The notes under the pieces: generated by a model
The model's input: only the letters and a program-made list of their open reading frames with translations
Told to the model about the DNA's origin: nothing
Databases searched by the model: none
Shown here: positions 1-12,413 of the stretch, in pieces
Position numbering within the stretch: position 1 is the stretch's first letter
Layout of the letters: each line of letters begins with the position of its first letter
Translations under genes and position numbers: made by a program
NCBI RefSeq assembly: GCF_018350175.1
Contig: NC_058368.1
Span: 220,784,001-220,848,000, forward strand
Source: Felis catus
Lineage: Eukaryota
Reading direction: 5' to 3'
Length of the DNA: 64,000 nucleotides

Positions 1-1583
1 TTAGACCCCTTCCCTTGTTCCTGTGGATTTCCAAGTCATTACAGGAAATCTTAATGTGCAAGTCCATGAAGCATTATGACTTACAACTGCAGATGAATTA
101 TTTTTGCCAAGAGTATGAAATTTCAGCTAAGGGTCGGTTTCATCATGACAATATCAGCTGCTTATTCAAGAGTTCATCTTGGTATTTTCTTGAAAAGAAA
201 CCTGGACGTTCTCTATGTTTCTCCCCATCCTCAATTAAGCATCCCTAAAATTACATTCATGTCTACCATCTACTTGCTCCCTTTTACACATACACATAGG
301 TATGCAGACAGACATACGGAGAGACAAAAGTGGGACATTGAATCAGTCTTTAACTGATTCAATTTAACTGTAAAAAAAAAAAGTTACATCAATTATAAGT
401 GTTGTATCAAGGAGCCAAAGATCTGTTTTATAATGCCAGCCATGGTGATTGCTTCCTTTTTACAGGCACATGTCCGTGCTAAGAAATCTTGAAAGTTAAG
501 GGAAATTCACTGGAAATATATTTTAAATGTATTTTAAAGCGTTTTTGTGATGCCCTCACATTGCATGTTTATCACAGTGTATGCATGTGTGCACATAGAC
601 ACAAATGTTAAAAGCAACTTCGTCAGTAACATCTCTAAAGCTAGCTAAATGTTTCTGATAGAAGGCAATAAACCCTTTGGCATTAATCCTTCCTAAAAAT
701 GAAATACTTCTACACTATAGAGAAAGCTATATGAAATATGAATGACAGGAGAAAAACAACTTCATTTATTCTTGCTCTGTGATTTACGGTGCAGAGATGA
801 CAACCATGGGGGAGGTGAAGAATGGTGACTTCTTCTGTGTTTGATGCTAATTTTACAGTACTACAGAAAAAGAGAGCATTGTGCCATATTCTGGATCTCT
901 AAGTGAATTTATTTAAAGATGGTCCATTAGTTCATGTCACCATGGAGAACTAGTAAATTATGAGTGTTTTTACAAATAGACTTGGGAAAACTTCCCCAGC
1001 ATTGTGGATTCACAGAGAACTACCCTGAAAAATTATTATATTCTGCTTTCTAGTCACAAAGCTATGACTAATAACTTAAACACAGAAGCCAAGATATTTT
1101 CATTAATGGTTACTTAACCAAATTTTGTAAATGCATTTACTCTTACATTTTTTAATGCCAGGGTAAGTTTTTTAAACTCCATGAAAGTAAGAGAATAAGT
1201 TTAGCCTGCAGAGATAGTGCCAAAATTCTCTTTACAAAAACAAACAAAAAAAAATGTACCTGCCTGTCTCTGAGAGAACTTAAAGGAATGTAAAAACATT
1301 ACAAAATGTATGAAGACATTTTTTTTTTACTTTACCTTTGGTTTATTACTCATTATTTAAACTTCATTTTGTTAAACTGTATCAGAAGATTTTATCTTGA
1401 CAAGTCAATTTGAGTGTTTTGATGACTAATTACAAAAATATAGAGACCTCTCATAGTCTCTATTCCCCATCATTTAGTTCTCAAGATATTTTCAACCAGA
1501 TTTATCTGGTCCCATACTAAAAAAATGCTGGTAGTTTAGCACTTTCCATTTTTATTTTTTAAACATTTTTAAAATGTTTATTT

Positions 1584-2274
1584 ACCAGTTTGCATTCCCA
1601 CCAACAGTGCAAGAGGGTTCCCGTTTCTCCACATCCTCTCCAGCATCTATAGTCTCCTGATTTGTTCATTTTAGCCACTCTGGAAAACAGTGTGGAGGTT
1701 CCTCAAAAAATTAAAAATAGACCTACCCTATGACCCAGCAGTAGCACTGCTAGGAATTTACCCAAGGGATACAAGAGTACTGATGCATAGGGGCACTTGT
1801 ACCCCAATGTTTATAGCAGCACTCTCAACAATAGCCAAATTATGGAAAGAGCCTAAATGTCCATCAACTGATGAATGGATAAAGAAATTCTGGTTTATAT
1901 ACACAATGGAGTACTACGTGGCAATGAGAAAGAATGAAATATGGCCCTTTGTAGCAACATGAATGGAACTGGAGAGTGTGATGCTAAGTGAAATAAGCCA
2001 TACAAAGAAAGACAGATACCATATGGTTTCACTCTTATGTGGATCCTGAGAAACTTAACAGAAACCCATGGGGGAGGGGAAGGAAAAAAAAAAGAGGTTA
2101 GAGTGGGAGAGAGCCAAAGCATAAGAGACTCTTAAAAACTGAGAACAAACTGAGGGTTGATGGCGGGTGGGAGGGAGGGGAGGGTGGGTGATAGGTATTG
2201 AGGAGGGCACCTTTTGGGATGAGCACTGGGTGTTGTATGGAAACCAATTTGATGATAAATTTCATATATTGAAA
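1584..2274 (+). mobile_element. 5'-truncated, 5'-inverted felid L1 (end of ORF2 + 3'UTR); 1584-1682 inverted, 1673-2274 sense
   Basis: ORF 1690-1962 is the L1 ORF2 C-terminus (DLPYDPAVALLGIYP...CTPMFIAALSTIAKLWKEPKCPSTDEWIKK) with a premature stop. G-rich 3'UTR and short A tail follow. TSD aaaatgtttattt (1571-1583) / aaaatgtttagtt (2275-2287). Confidence 0.95.
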
Positions 2275-2284
2275 AAAATGTTTA

Positions 2285-2287
<3 letters not shown>

Positions 2288-2330
<43 letters not shown>

Positions 2331-2495
2331 TGAATGTGTGTGGGGGGGGGGGCGAGAGAAAGGGAGACCCAGAATCTGAAGCAGGCACCAAGCTGTCAGC
2401 AGAGAGTTTGATGTGGGGCTCGAACTCACTAACCGAGAGATCGTGACCTGAGCCGAAGTCTTGATGCTTAACCGACTGAGCCACCCAGGCACCCC
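2288..2495 (-). mobile_element. Can-SINE; its tail (~1548-1583) is split off by the L1 insertion
   Basis: Reverse complement of ggggtgcctgggtggctcagtcggttaagc head, with a (CT)n tract. Confidence 0.95.
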
Positions 2496-3399
2496 AGCAC
2501 TTCTGGTTTTATTCTGAGATTTCATCTACAGTTTTAGGGCAACCGCTGACCTTGTAACTCACCACTCTAGAGATCTCTTGCCTTATATCTGATTTACCAT
2601 GTACCTTTGGCCTGGAGAAGCAATGGATCCTTGGTTCATACTTGATTCCAGGTTATTTACTTGACCTGGCTCTGGTCTCTAACTAGTATAAGTCTCCACA
2701 GTGGTCGGTGGCATTACAGTACTTCTTGGGAAAAACTCTTGCGGGCTGTGTCCTTCATTGACAGCCTGTGTTGGATTGGAGAGCCCTCCTCTTGACTCTA
2801 CAACCAATCTTCCCCATTCACAGAGTTACAGAGTAGTTATTTCTCTTACGTTCCATACAGCTTTTTCTTAGCTATCTATGTATGTTTAATAATTTGAGCC
2901 ATCTGCCACTTAAAATACTTTTGAGATTACCGATTACACATTGTCCATCTGAGGTGACATGTTTACATTTTGAAAGAAGTCATCTGGAGGTAATGTTCAA
3001 TCCAAGCAATGATTGACTAGAGTTTGAGATTCCGTTATGGTTCCATGGATGCTCTTTTGAGGATTTGTATTTTTCTTTTTTTTTTTTTTTTTTTACTTTT
3101 CAAGTTTAACCTGTTTGATATTTTCATCAGTTGTTATCTAATGTATTTTGTCACCTAGATGGTTATTATTTTTCTAGTTTAGGCATATTTTCATATTTCA
3201 TTATAAGTGTGATCCACACCATGGGGAAGAAAGTCAATTATTGCTGAGTATGTTGAACTGAAATCTTCCTCTCCCTTCCTGCTCACCTGTTATCTCACTT
3301 CCCAGGGATAACAGCTCACACTAGCGGTTTCCTATGTATTCTTCAGACTCATACCAATTCATAGAAACCTGAACACATAGAAGATTATTCTCTGTCCTT

Positions 3400-4633
3400 A
3401 ATTTATTCAATGATTATTTGACCCAGTTAATTTTTCTTTCCTAAACAACCTTTGAAACTTGAATTCTCAGATGCCCACACACCTTTGGTTTTATCCTTGA
3501 TCTCTAGCAGTCTCTTCTCAGTTTTATTTGCTGGTATCTTCTCTTCTCCCCTTAATACTGAGGCAGCTTTCATTTTCTCCTATCTACACCCACACAGAGA
3601 GTGATCTAATCCAAGTTCATAGTTTTAAACACCATATGTTGACAACTCCCAGATATACATCTATAGCTCAGATCTCCCAAAATCTAATCTCCTCTCCCCA
3701 ACTGCTTTCTTGGCACATGATATACTTGGGTTCCCAAAGGACCTCTCAAATTCACATGTCCAAAATGAACTCTCAGTCTTCACTGACAAATATATATTCC
3801 AGTCTGAGATTTTACCATGTCTGTTGATAAACTAACTCCATGCTTTCTTTCATTCAAGTTAAAATTTCTCAGACTCTCTCACATCCTCTATTTCTTTCAC
3901 ATTGAACATCTCATCTGCCAGGAAATCCTCTCTACTTCCAAAGCATATGTAGAATCTTACCAATCCCAGCAGATTCACTGTTATCACCATGATTCTAGTG
4001 GTAAAAATTCTTCTAGCCCTCCAAAGATGAGCCTCAAAAGCAAGGGCTTTCCTTTGAAAATATGTTCGATCATGTTACAACTGTGTTCAAAATCAACTGA
4101 TGGCTGTCCATTTACCTCAAGAGGAAATGCCAAGGGTCTGTGTGATCTGTGCTGCCTCATTTTATTTCTGATCCGTTCTCCCTACCTTCTTCCCTTGTCT
4201 CATTCTGCTCACACAGCTCTCTCCTGGCCTTTCCTGAAATTGACCAGGCTAAGTCACACCTTCGCTAGCCATTCCCTCTGGCTGGAATTCTGCCTACCGG
4301 ATGCCTATTAGGCTAGCTGCCCACAAGTGTCCTTGTGCAAGTTGCCCTTCTCTATGAGGTCTGTCCTTACCACTCTTTCAATAGTAGTGCCAATTGCACA
4401 AAACCCTCAGACAACAAAACCGGCTTTATCCTCTTTTACATTGTTCATTTTCCACATCGTGATTATTATTTATTGCTACTTTCTCTTTCTTAAAGCACTT
4501 GGAGAACTGGGATCTTTACATCTTATGTGCTGATCTATATCTCAGGAGATAAGACTAGTGTCTGGCAGACTAGCACATAGTAAATGCTTGCCATATACAT
4601 AAATAGATTTTATGTGTATAAATAAATGAATGA
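3400..4633 (+). mobile_element. Ancient LINE2 3' region
   Basis: L2-like motifs (ctcaaattcacatgtccaaaatgaactc; tagcacatagtaaatgct...aatgaatga end). Edges approximate. Confidence 0.65.
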
Positions 4634-5327
4634 CCAAATCACTCCAGATTGGTTACGTGACTTTTGTGTGTTATATGACCATACATTCACTCATGAGTGA
4701 GCACACATACTCACTTTAAGGAAAAAGAATATTATAAATAATCTTACATATTCATTTATAATGAGAGAAATGTTGCTGGATCTTAGAACTTGGAAATGAA
4801 ACCTGAGTGGCATTTTCTGTGTTCTGGCTTGTGTGTAACTTTCATTTTGTGGTCTCAGTTGCACTTGATGAACTGAAATCAGAGTTTTAACCTGTTTTTT
4901 TTCTGAAGCCTCCTTTTCAAGGAGGATAAACAAGGTAAAAATGACCTTGATTTGCTGTTTTTTTCCATCTGATATTCATGTACTTCATGTACTTTACTCT
5001 TTACACTTTTGAGTGTTCAGCCACTTACAAACCAAGGTCAATGTGTGGGTGTGCAAACAAGTGTCTACTTATATGTCCACGTGGTTGTTACTAAGTGGAG
5101 TTTGTAAATTCCTTGTGGAATAAGTCGTTTCAAATGTAAACTAGACATAGAAACATTTACATATATACACACATACATCCAGAGAGAGAGAGCAATGGGT
5201 GGGGAGGGAGGGAGAGACAGAAGTAAAATTTAAATGATGTTTATGAAGTATAAGAATTATATGCATTTATATGAATTGTAAATATTTTCCATTTACAAAT
5301 ATATCAATATAATATTTACTGATGTAA

Positions 5328-5551
5328 TTTTTCGTTAAATTAAAAAAATGTTTATTTATTTTTGAGAACAAGAGTGAGAGAGAACATGAGTGGAGGAGGG
5401 GCAGAGAGAGAGGGAGACACAGAATCTGAAGCAGGCTCCAGGCTCTGAGTTGTCAGCATAGAACCTGACGTGGGGCTCAAACACACAAACCGCGAGATCA
5501 TGACTTGAGCCGAAGTCAGACGTTTAACCAACTGAGTCACCCAGGCACCCC
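5328..5551 (-). mobile_element. Can-SINE
   Basis: tRNA-derived head, CT-rich tract, A-rich tail. Confidence 0.95.
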
Positions 5552-5611
5552 TCTACTTATTTTTCTAATTTGTTACAAACAGTCTAGGACACACCAAGAA
5601 AATAAAATAAA

Positions 5612-6027
5612 GAATAAAGAAATCTTGCCATTTGCAACAACGTGGATGGAACTAGAGTAAATTATGCCAAGCAAAATAAGCCAGAGACAGATAAATATCA
5701 TATGATTTTACTCATGGGGAATTTAAAAAACAAAACAGATGAACATAGGGGAAGGGAAGGAAAAATAAGATAAAAACAGAGAGGGAGGCAAACCGTAAGA
5801 GACTTCTTAAATACAGAGAACAAACTTGAGGGTTGCTGGAGGGGTGTTGGGTGGGGTGGGGGGAGGGATGGGCTAAATGGATTATGGGCATTGAGGAGGA
5901 CTCTTGTTGGGATGAGCACTGGGTGTTATATGTAAGTGATGAATCACTAAATTCTACTCCTGAAATCATTATGTTAACTAACTTGGATTTAGAATAAAGA
6001 ATTAGAAAAAATAAAACCAATAAAAAA
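5612..6027 (+). mobile_element. L1 3' end (older carnivore/felid subfamily)
   Basis: gaaatcttgccatttgcaacaacgtggatggaactagag, G-rich 3'UTR, A-rich tail. Confidence 0.9.
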
Positions 6028-6183
6028 CCACCAAATACATTTGGTGAACAGCATTTTGTTATGTTAACATAAAAACAACCACCACAACCCCCTAAACTTT
6101 AAATAGAAAAATTCCATAAAAGGCTAAAATATACATTTAATGAAATGACTGTTGACCTTGAAGCAAATTCTCCTTGACATGCC

Positions 6184-6545
6184 TGTCTTAGTCTGTTTGG
6201 GCTACCATAAGATAATTCCATTAATTAGGTGGCTTAATCCCAAACATTTATTTTTCACAGTTCCAGAGGCGAGGATGTCCAAGTCCAGGTGCTGGAAGGT
6301 TCAGTGTTTGGTAAAGGCCATACTTCCTGATTCATGGACAGTGGTCTTCTTGCTGTCCTCACGTGGTGTAAGAGGGGAGAGAGCTCTCTGGGATCTTCAT
6401 TAGAAGGGCACTAATCCCGTTCATGAGGGCTCCACCCTTACGACCCTATCATCCCTCAAAGGCCCCACCTCTTAATACCAACACACAGAGGGTTAGGATT
6501 TTAACATAGGAATCTGAAGGACATAAGTATTCATTCTATATAGCA
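6184..6545 (-). mobile_element. MaLR solo LTR (MLT1A-like)
   Basis: TG...CA ends, tgtcttagtctgtttgggct and agggcactaatccc motifs, 5-bp TSD atgcc/ctgcc. Confidence 0.85.
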
Positions 6546-7704
6546 CTGCCTTTAATGGAAGGTATTGTTACTATTGTTTCCATATTGATAAACTGTTGAG
6601 TCAGTGTACTAAATCAGGCTTTAGTCATGAAAGTAGAGTTGACTCTAAATTTCATGGGAACAAGGGATTAATTTTTAGCATGAATTTACACAGTTGATGG
6701 TGAGCTGGGGAATTGAGAGTCTGGAAGGGGAGTATTGAGGTTCAGAGAGAAGACGCCTCTACCCCTTCGGACTGAAGCACTAGTGGGGGTGGATCAGTCA
6801 CAGTTGGCAAGGAAATTGGGGAATCCAAGCAGTAGGACCACTGAGGAGGTGGGTCATGATGAGGTGCTCCCGTAGGGGTCTTTGGGGAGCTGTAGTCCCA
6901 GCGAACAACTGCCTCTGTGGGTCTGTAGCTAAGAAAATAGGCGTGGGTGGACTTGAGGTCGCTGTTCATCCTTGTGGCCAGCCATCAAGAAAAAGAGCTA
7001 ATGGAGGAATTCAGCATGGTGAGGACCAGCTGGGCCCCCTTGTTCGCCTCTGGGTCTGCTCATCGAATATCTGTCCACAATGGGCTTTGACAATAATGGT
7101 TGCTTCTTCACCCGTGTCTTCCAAATTGTGGTTCTAGTCGGTTCTCATCAGTAGCATCTGGAAGGGGAATCTGAGAAACCTCTTCCCAGCTTCACCAAGC
7201 TGATTGAGCACAGCATAGCCGGTGATTCCTTACGTTGGCATCCAAACGCACCTCTGTGTTTAGATTCCCCATAAAGCAGTTAGGAAAATGGGGCTTCTAC
7301 CTAACTTGATAAGGCTATGGTTCCACATCTAAATGCAGTTTCCATGTAAGTTATATTTTAATGTTTAGTAGCTTATTGTATTTAATCAGTCTGTTTTTAC
7401 TCTGTTCTAGTTATAGGAATAATAAAAAAGCAATATGGATTAAAATGTCTATCACTAGAGCTTATCCAGAATGTACATGGAAAAAGATGTGATCTTTCAC
7501 TTCCCTCTTCATGATAATAACATGTTTTAACATGAGTAAAATGTCAACAAACTATTGGTATTCTCACTTATATTTCTGGGTAATATAAGATGTTTATCTG
7601 ACATGTGGCAGCAGGCTCGGAGGCCTAATAATCCCTGAAATTTCAAAATTTTATCCTTAGGTATTTGGGATTCTTTTATATTGAAGCTGATTAACTGAGG
7701 TTTT

Positions 7705-7830
7705 ATTTTCATTCAAGTTTTTCATTTAATAAACATTTATTTAGTGATCTAATATATGCCAGACCCTGTTCTAAGCAGTATATATATAGCTACAGACACA
7801 ACAAAACCCTGTCTACAAAGGACTTTATAT
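7705..7830 (-). mobile_element. LINE2 3' end fragment
   Basis: ttcatttaataaacatttattt...atatgccagaccctgttctaagca. Confidence 0.6.
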
Positions 7831-8282
7831 GATATTCTTATTATTCTTTACAATATTTTTTCTTGATACAACATTCTTCTCTAATCCACGTATCCCATTA
7901 AATGATAACTCCATTGGAGCTGAAGATGTTCAGATAAGAAATTTAAGAAAATTTGCTAGTGTAGTATTCTGTATTAGTCGCAATTTTGAAGTTCCCATGA
8001 AAGCAGTTGGGATAGTAATAGTGACCTTTGTGGGGTAACTTCATCAGTTATTTGGTTACTTATAGTTTCCAGAACTTCCTACAACACAATTGTGGCAGTT
8101 TTGTTGCAGAGAAACAAAATTTTTGTTTACTATGTTTTTGAATAACCACTGAAGCCTAAAATAAATTTCCATTATTGCTTTTGTTCATATTGCTTTAACA
8201 TTTTTTTAAAATTGAAATATATTTGACATATAATGTTTTATTAGTTTTAGAAGAACAGTATAGTGATATGACATATGCATAT

Positions 8283-8949
8283 TGTTAACTCAAAAATTAA
8301 AACTGCCAATTATTTTACCAGCAAAAGGTGGGTTAATTTGGGAATATCAGAGATTGCAATCTAGGACGAGCAAGCTATGCAAAACCATAGGCAAGTCCAA
8401 CAAACAAAAGAGGGGAACATTTTTTTATGGAGAAGAAGGGGGAAGTTGGGAGGGGTTGTTCTGAACAAAAATCTTTTGGAGAAAATCAAGAGTTCAGGGT
8501 GATGACCTTTTCTCATTGGCTGAGTTGGTGAGGTGGTCAGTTTCTTATAGAAGATACAGTGTACATCTTTTCCTGTTGGGTCCTATAATTGATGATTCTT
8601 TCCCCTTGAGGATTCTTTTGTTGGGTCTGTAATGGACAATTCTTCTGTAATTAATTTTTTTTAATGTTTACTTATTTTTGAGAGGGGGGGAAGGGGTAGA
8701 GAGAGAGAGGGGGAGACACAGAATCTGAAACAGGCTTCAGGCCCTGAGCTGTCAGCACAGAGCCTGACATTGGGCTCAAAATCACAAACCATGAGATCAT
8801 GACCCCAGCCGAGGTCAGAGGCTTAACCTACTGAGCCGCCTAGGTGCCCCTCTTGTGTAACTAAATTGAGTAGTAGATCTCCCCCTTCAACCTCCCCTTC
8901 TAGCATCCCAAGACCACTTTAATGGGGTTTCCCTTTACTAAATTTTACA
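8283..8949. mobile_element. Probable ERV solo LTR inserted in L1 and itself containing a SINE
   Basis: Non-L1 block with tgttaac...ttttaca TG/CA termini that cleanly splits the L1 3'UTR. TSD not recognisable. Confidence 0.6.
8655..8850 (-). mobile_element. Can-SINE
   Basis: Full SINE; TSD tcttctgtaattaa / tcttgtgtaactaa. Confidence 0.95.
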
Positions 8950-11011
8950 GTGTATTTGCAAAATGATTCACCATATTAAGTGTAGTTAACATACATCCTC
9001 ACACACTTAGAATTTTTTGTATGCGTGATAAGAACCTTTAAGATTTATTCTCAGCAACTTTCAAGCATACAATATTGTCATCTGTAGTCCCCATGGTGTA
9101 CTTTATATCCTCAGGACTCATTTGTGTTATAACTGAGATTTGTACCTTTTGACCCCCTCCTCCATTTGGCCAACCCTCTCACCCACCTAGCTATGGCAAC
9201 CACTGATCTATTCTCTGTATCTATGAGTTCATGTTTGTTTGTTTACCTGCTGTTTTAAGACTGCACATAAGTCACATCATGTAGCATTTGTCTTTTTCTG
9301 TCTCAGTTATTTTGCTTAGCATAATACCCTCAAGGTTTATCTATGTTGTCATAATTGGCAGGATTTCTTTCTTTTTCATGGCTGAATAATACTCCAGTGC
9401 CTGCATGTGCCTGAATGTAGCACATTTTGTTTGTTCTTGTGTGGATGGACACTTTGGTTACTTCTAGCTTTTGTTTCTTGTAAATAATGCTGCAGTGAAC
9501 ATGGGGTGCGTATATCTTTTTGAATTAGCATTTCTGAGGTTTTTTTTTTTTTCCTTTTTTTCAGATAAATATGCAGAAGTGGAATTGCTGGATCATATGG
9601 TGGTTCTATTTTTTACTTTTTGAGGAACTTCCTTAGTGTTTTGTATAGGGGCTGTACCAATTTGCATTCCCACCAATGGTGCACAAGAGTTTCCTTTCCT
9701 CCACATCTTTGCCAACACTCATGATTTCGTGTGAGAGTGTGTGTGTGTGTGTGTGTGTGTGCATTTTCACACTAGCCATTCTGTCTGGTGTGAGGTCATA
9801 TCTCATTGTGATTTTGATTTGTATTTCTCTGATCTCGCTTTTCTCTGCCTAGTTCATGCAGTGGTTTTTCTTTAGGCATCTTTTTTCCGGTCTAATTCTT
9901 CTTGTTCTGTTTGAAGTTTTGGTTACACAGGGCACCTTGCATGTAATTTCTTTTGAAGGAAAGAATCACACAATTCTTTTGAGGACATTGTTGCAATTGA
10001 CTAACAACTATCACCCGCCCCCCACCCCCCTGCTTCCTAGGAACAAAGGAAGATTGTAGTTTCAACAACACTGACATTAGCTGGCCCCTGACTTTATTTA
10101 CCAAATGGAATTTGACCCATGGGGGACAATCACTTCTATGTGGAAGGAGTTAATTACTGGGCTTTTACGCTCCAGTTTTTCTTCAGCTGTCATCTCAACT
10201 AGCAATTAGGGAAGCAAGAGCTAAGTTGGAACTTTGCATTGAGACAGCTGCCCTACAGACTTGCCTGCATCCACAGTTGACTTTGTATAAGTGAGAAGTA
10301 GAGAGAAGGAAGGTGAGATTCATGGTTTGCTAGTGAAGTTCCTATAGTGAGTGTAAATACAGCCCCCTTGACGGAAAGAGGTACTTGTGAAATATCACTA
10401 TTGAAAACTGTTACATTTGCAGAGAGATAATGACAACTGAAAAATGATCACTGAATAAACACATCTCCTTGTTAGTAAGATTATTCTCCTTGATCTAGTT
10501 CTTGTCCTTCTAGGACATTCTAGTTTTCAGTAATTTATAAATCTATTAATAATGTGATTGTTTTCCATTTCCAGAATATTTTCCCCATTCAAGAACTAGA
10601 AGATATAACAGGCCTAAGAATTTTGGTCCTGAAAAAGCAAAAATTAAATATGTGTGAATAGAATATGGGTAAGAATAGTAATAAGATGATAATTAGATAC
10701 ACACTGAGTGTTCCTCTAAAAAAGTTGTGCATTTTAACAGAGAACTAACAAATTCTTACAGGAAAAATCTTTAGAATCCCTTCTCATTGCAGTACTTTGC
10801 TAAATATAAATGCAAATTTTATTACAAGATTGTGTGGCTTTATATTATGAGCACATTCACTGCTTTTTCATTTGTTGAAATACTAAGCTTTATTCTGTAG
10901 TGACTTTCTTTTTCCTTTCTTCCTTCCCTCCTTTCTTTTCTCTTTACCTTCCTTCTCTAGATCTTCTTTTGAAATAAAGTATTCTAAGCCCTCCATAATC
11001 AGGATTCATTT

Positions 11012-11553
11012 TTTCTCTTTTTAAAAAAAAATTAACATTTATTTATTATTGAGAGACAGATCATGAGCATGGGAGGGCAGAGAGGAGGAGACACAGAATC
11101 TGAATAAAACAGGTTATATTGATTTTATAGAAATCACACACTCAGTAGATCAAAGATCCTTGAAGCCAATTAATTTATTGTTGCTCTTTTAGGGACACTA
11201 AGAAACAACAATTATTTTCAACTATGTTTCCTATCAAATTGTACTATCATATCAGGTTTTACTAGAATACTAGCAAATATTCTAAATGATCATATTTTCA
11301 TATAGTATGTCTACAAAGAATGAGTCATTCACCATATATTGGAAAGGGAAGAAAAGGGGGTTATGGCAGATGAAATATGTCCATGTTTTTCATCATTTAT
11401 TTTCAGTGTAGGATGAGTGACTGGAATCTAAAGCAGGCTCCAGGCTCTGGGATGTCAGCACAGAGCCTGATGCAGGGCTTGAACTCATAAACTGGGAGAT
11501 CATGACCTGAGCCAAAGTTGGACACTTAACTGACTGAGCCACCCAGGTGCCCC
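11012..11553 (-). mobile_element. Can-SINE split by a 325-bp inverted templated insertion
   Basis: SINE halves 11012-11104 and 11424-11553 join at gaatct(g/a)aa. Confidence 0.93.
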
Positions 11554-12413
11554 TCATTTTTTTTCCCTAATAAATATTTGTCCTGTCCTTACATTGTCAA
11601 TTCAATTTAACTTGGTTCCTGAACACACCTCTCCACACAATGAATAATACTATTTTTAAAGGAGTCTGAAATTCTAATTTCTTATTTAAAACCCCAATTC
11701 TTATATTTTTAAAAAAAATTTAAGTTTATTTATTTTGAGAGAGAGACCAAGTGAGAATGTGAGGAGCAGAGAAAGAGGGAGAGAGAGAGTCCCAAGCAGG
11801 TTCTGCATTGTCAGCACAGAGTCCGATGTGGGGCTCGAACTCACCAACCGTGGTGTCATGACCTGAGGTGAAACCAAGAGTCAGATGCTTAACCAACTGA
11901 ACACCCAGCAGCCCCAAAAACTCTATCTAATTTTTAAATTTTCGCTGAAAGTGTCCCCATTTATCTCCATTCTTTCGGCATATTTATTTGTATTTGTAGA
12001 TCTGTACAGTTGTACTCACAAGACTTAATATATTGTGTCTTAATCTTTTTCTTATACGATCGTTGCATACTTATTAAGCACCTACTATTTTCCAGTCACT
12101 CATTCTACACTGAAAGTAAATGATGAAAAACATGGACATATTTCATCTGCCATAACTCCCGTTTCTTTCTTCCCCAATATATGGTGAATGTCTCATTCTT
12201 TGTAGACATAATATATAAAAATATCATTTAGAATATTTGCTAGTATTCTAGTAAAATCTGATGTGATAGTAAAATTTGATAAGAAACATAGTTGAAAATA
12301 ATTGTTGTTTCTTACAGTGTCCCTAAAAGAGCAACAATAAATTAATTGGCTTCAAGGATCTTTGATCTACTGAGTGTGTGATTTCTATAAAATGAATATA
12401 GCCTGTTTTATTC
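11102..12413. repeat. Long inverted repeat, arms 11102-11426 and 12090-12413
   Basis: Hand alignment shows the arms are reverse complements with about 20 differences in ~325 bp. Confidence 0.97.
11705..11915 (-). mobile_element. Can-SINE
   Basis: Head, body and tail recognisable. Confidence 0.93.

Larger units (their letters stand above)
8200..9833 (-). mobile_element. Older L1 3' region interrupted by an LTR
   Basis: Antisense ORF2 end (agaagtggaattgctggatcatatgg, ttgcattcccaccaa) and 3'UTR, continuous across the 8283-8949 insertion. Confidence 0.85.

Noticed and set aside
1690..1962. 90-aa ORF (and 40093-40341) as a gene
   Set aside because: L1 ORF2 C-terminal fragments in truncated elements.
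3817..4311. 164-aa ORF
   Set aside because: Lies in decayed L2 sequence and has no recognisable domain.
10574..10668. AG...GTAAGA pseudo-exon (similar one at 50149-50241)
   Set aside because: Splice-like motifs of this quality occur by chance in 64 kb, and there is no further support.
11102..12413. Inverted repeat as transposon TIRs
   Set aside because: No TSD around the pair; one arm interrupts a SINE while the other is continuous with native flanking sequence.
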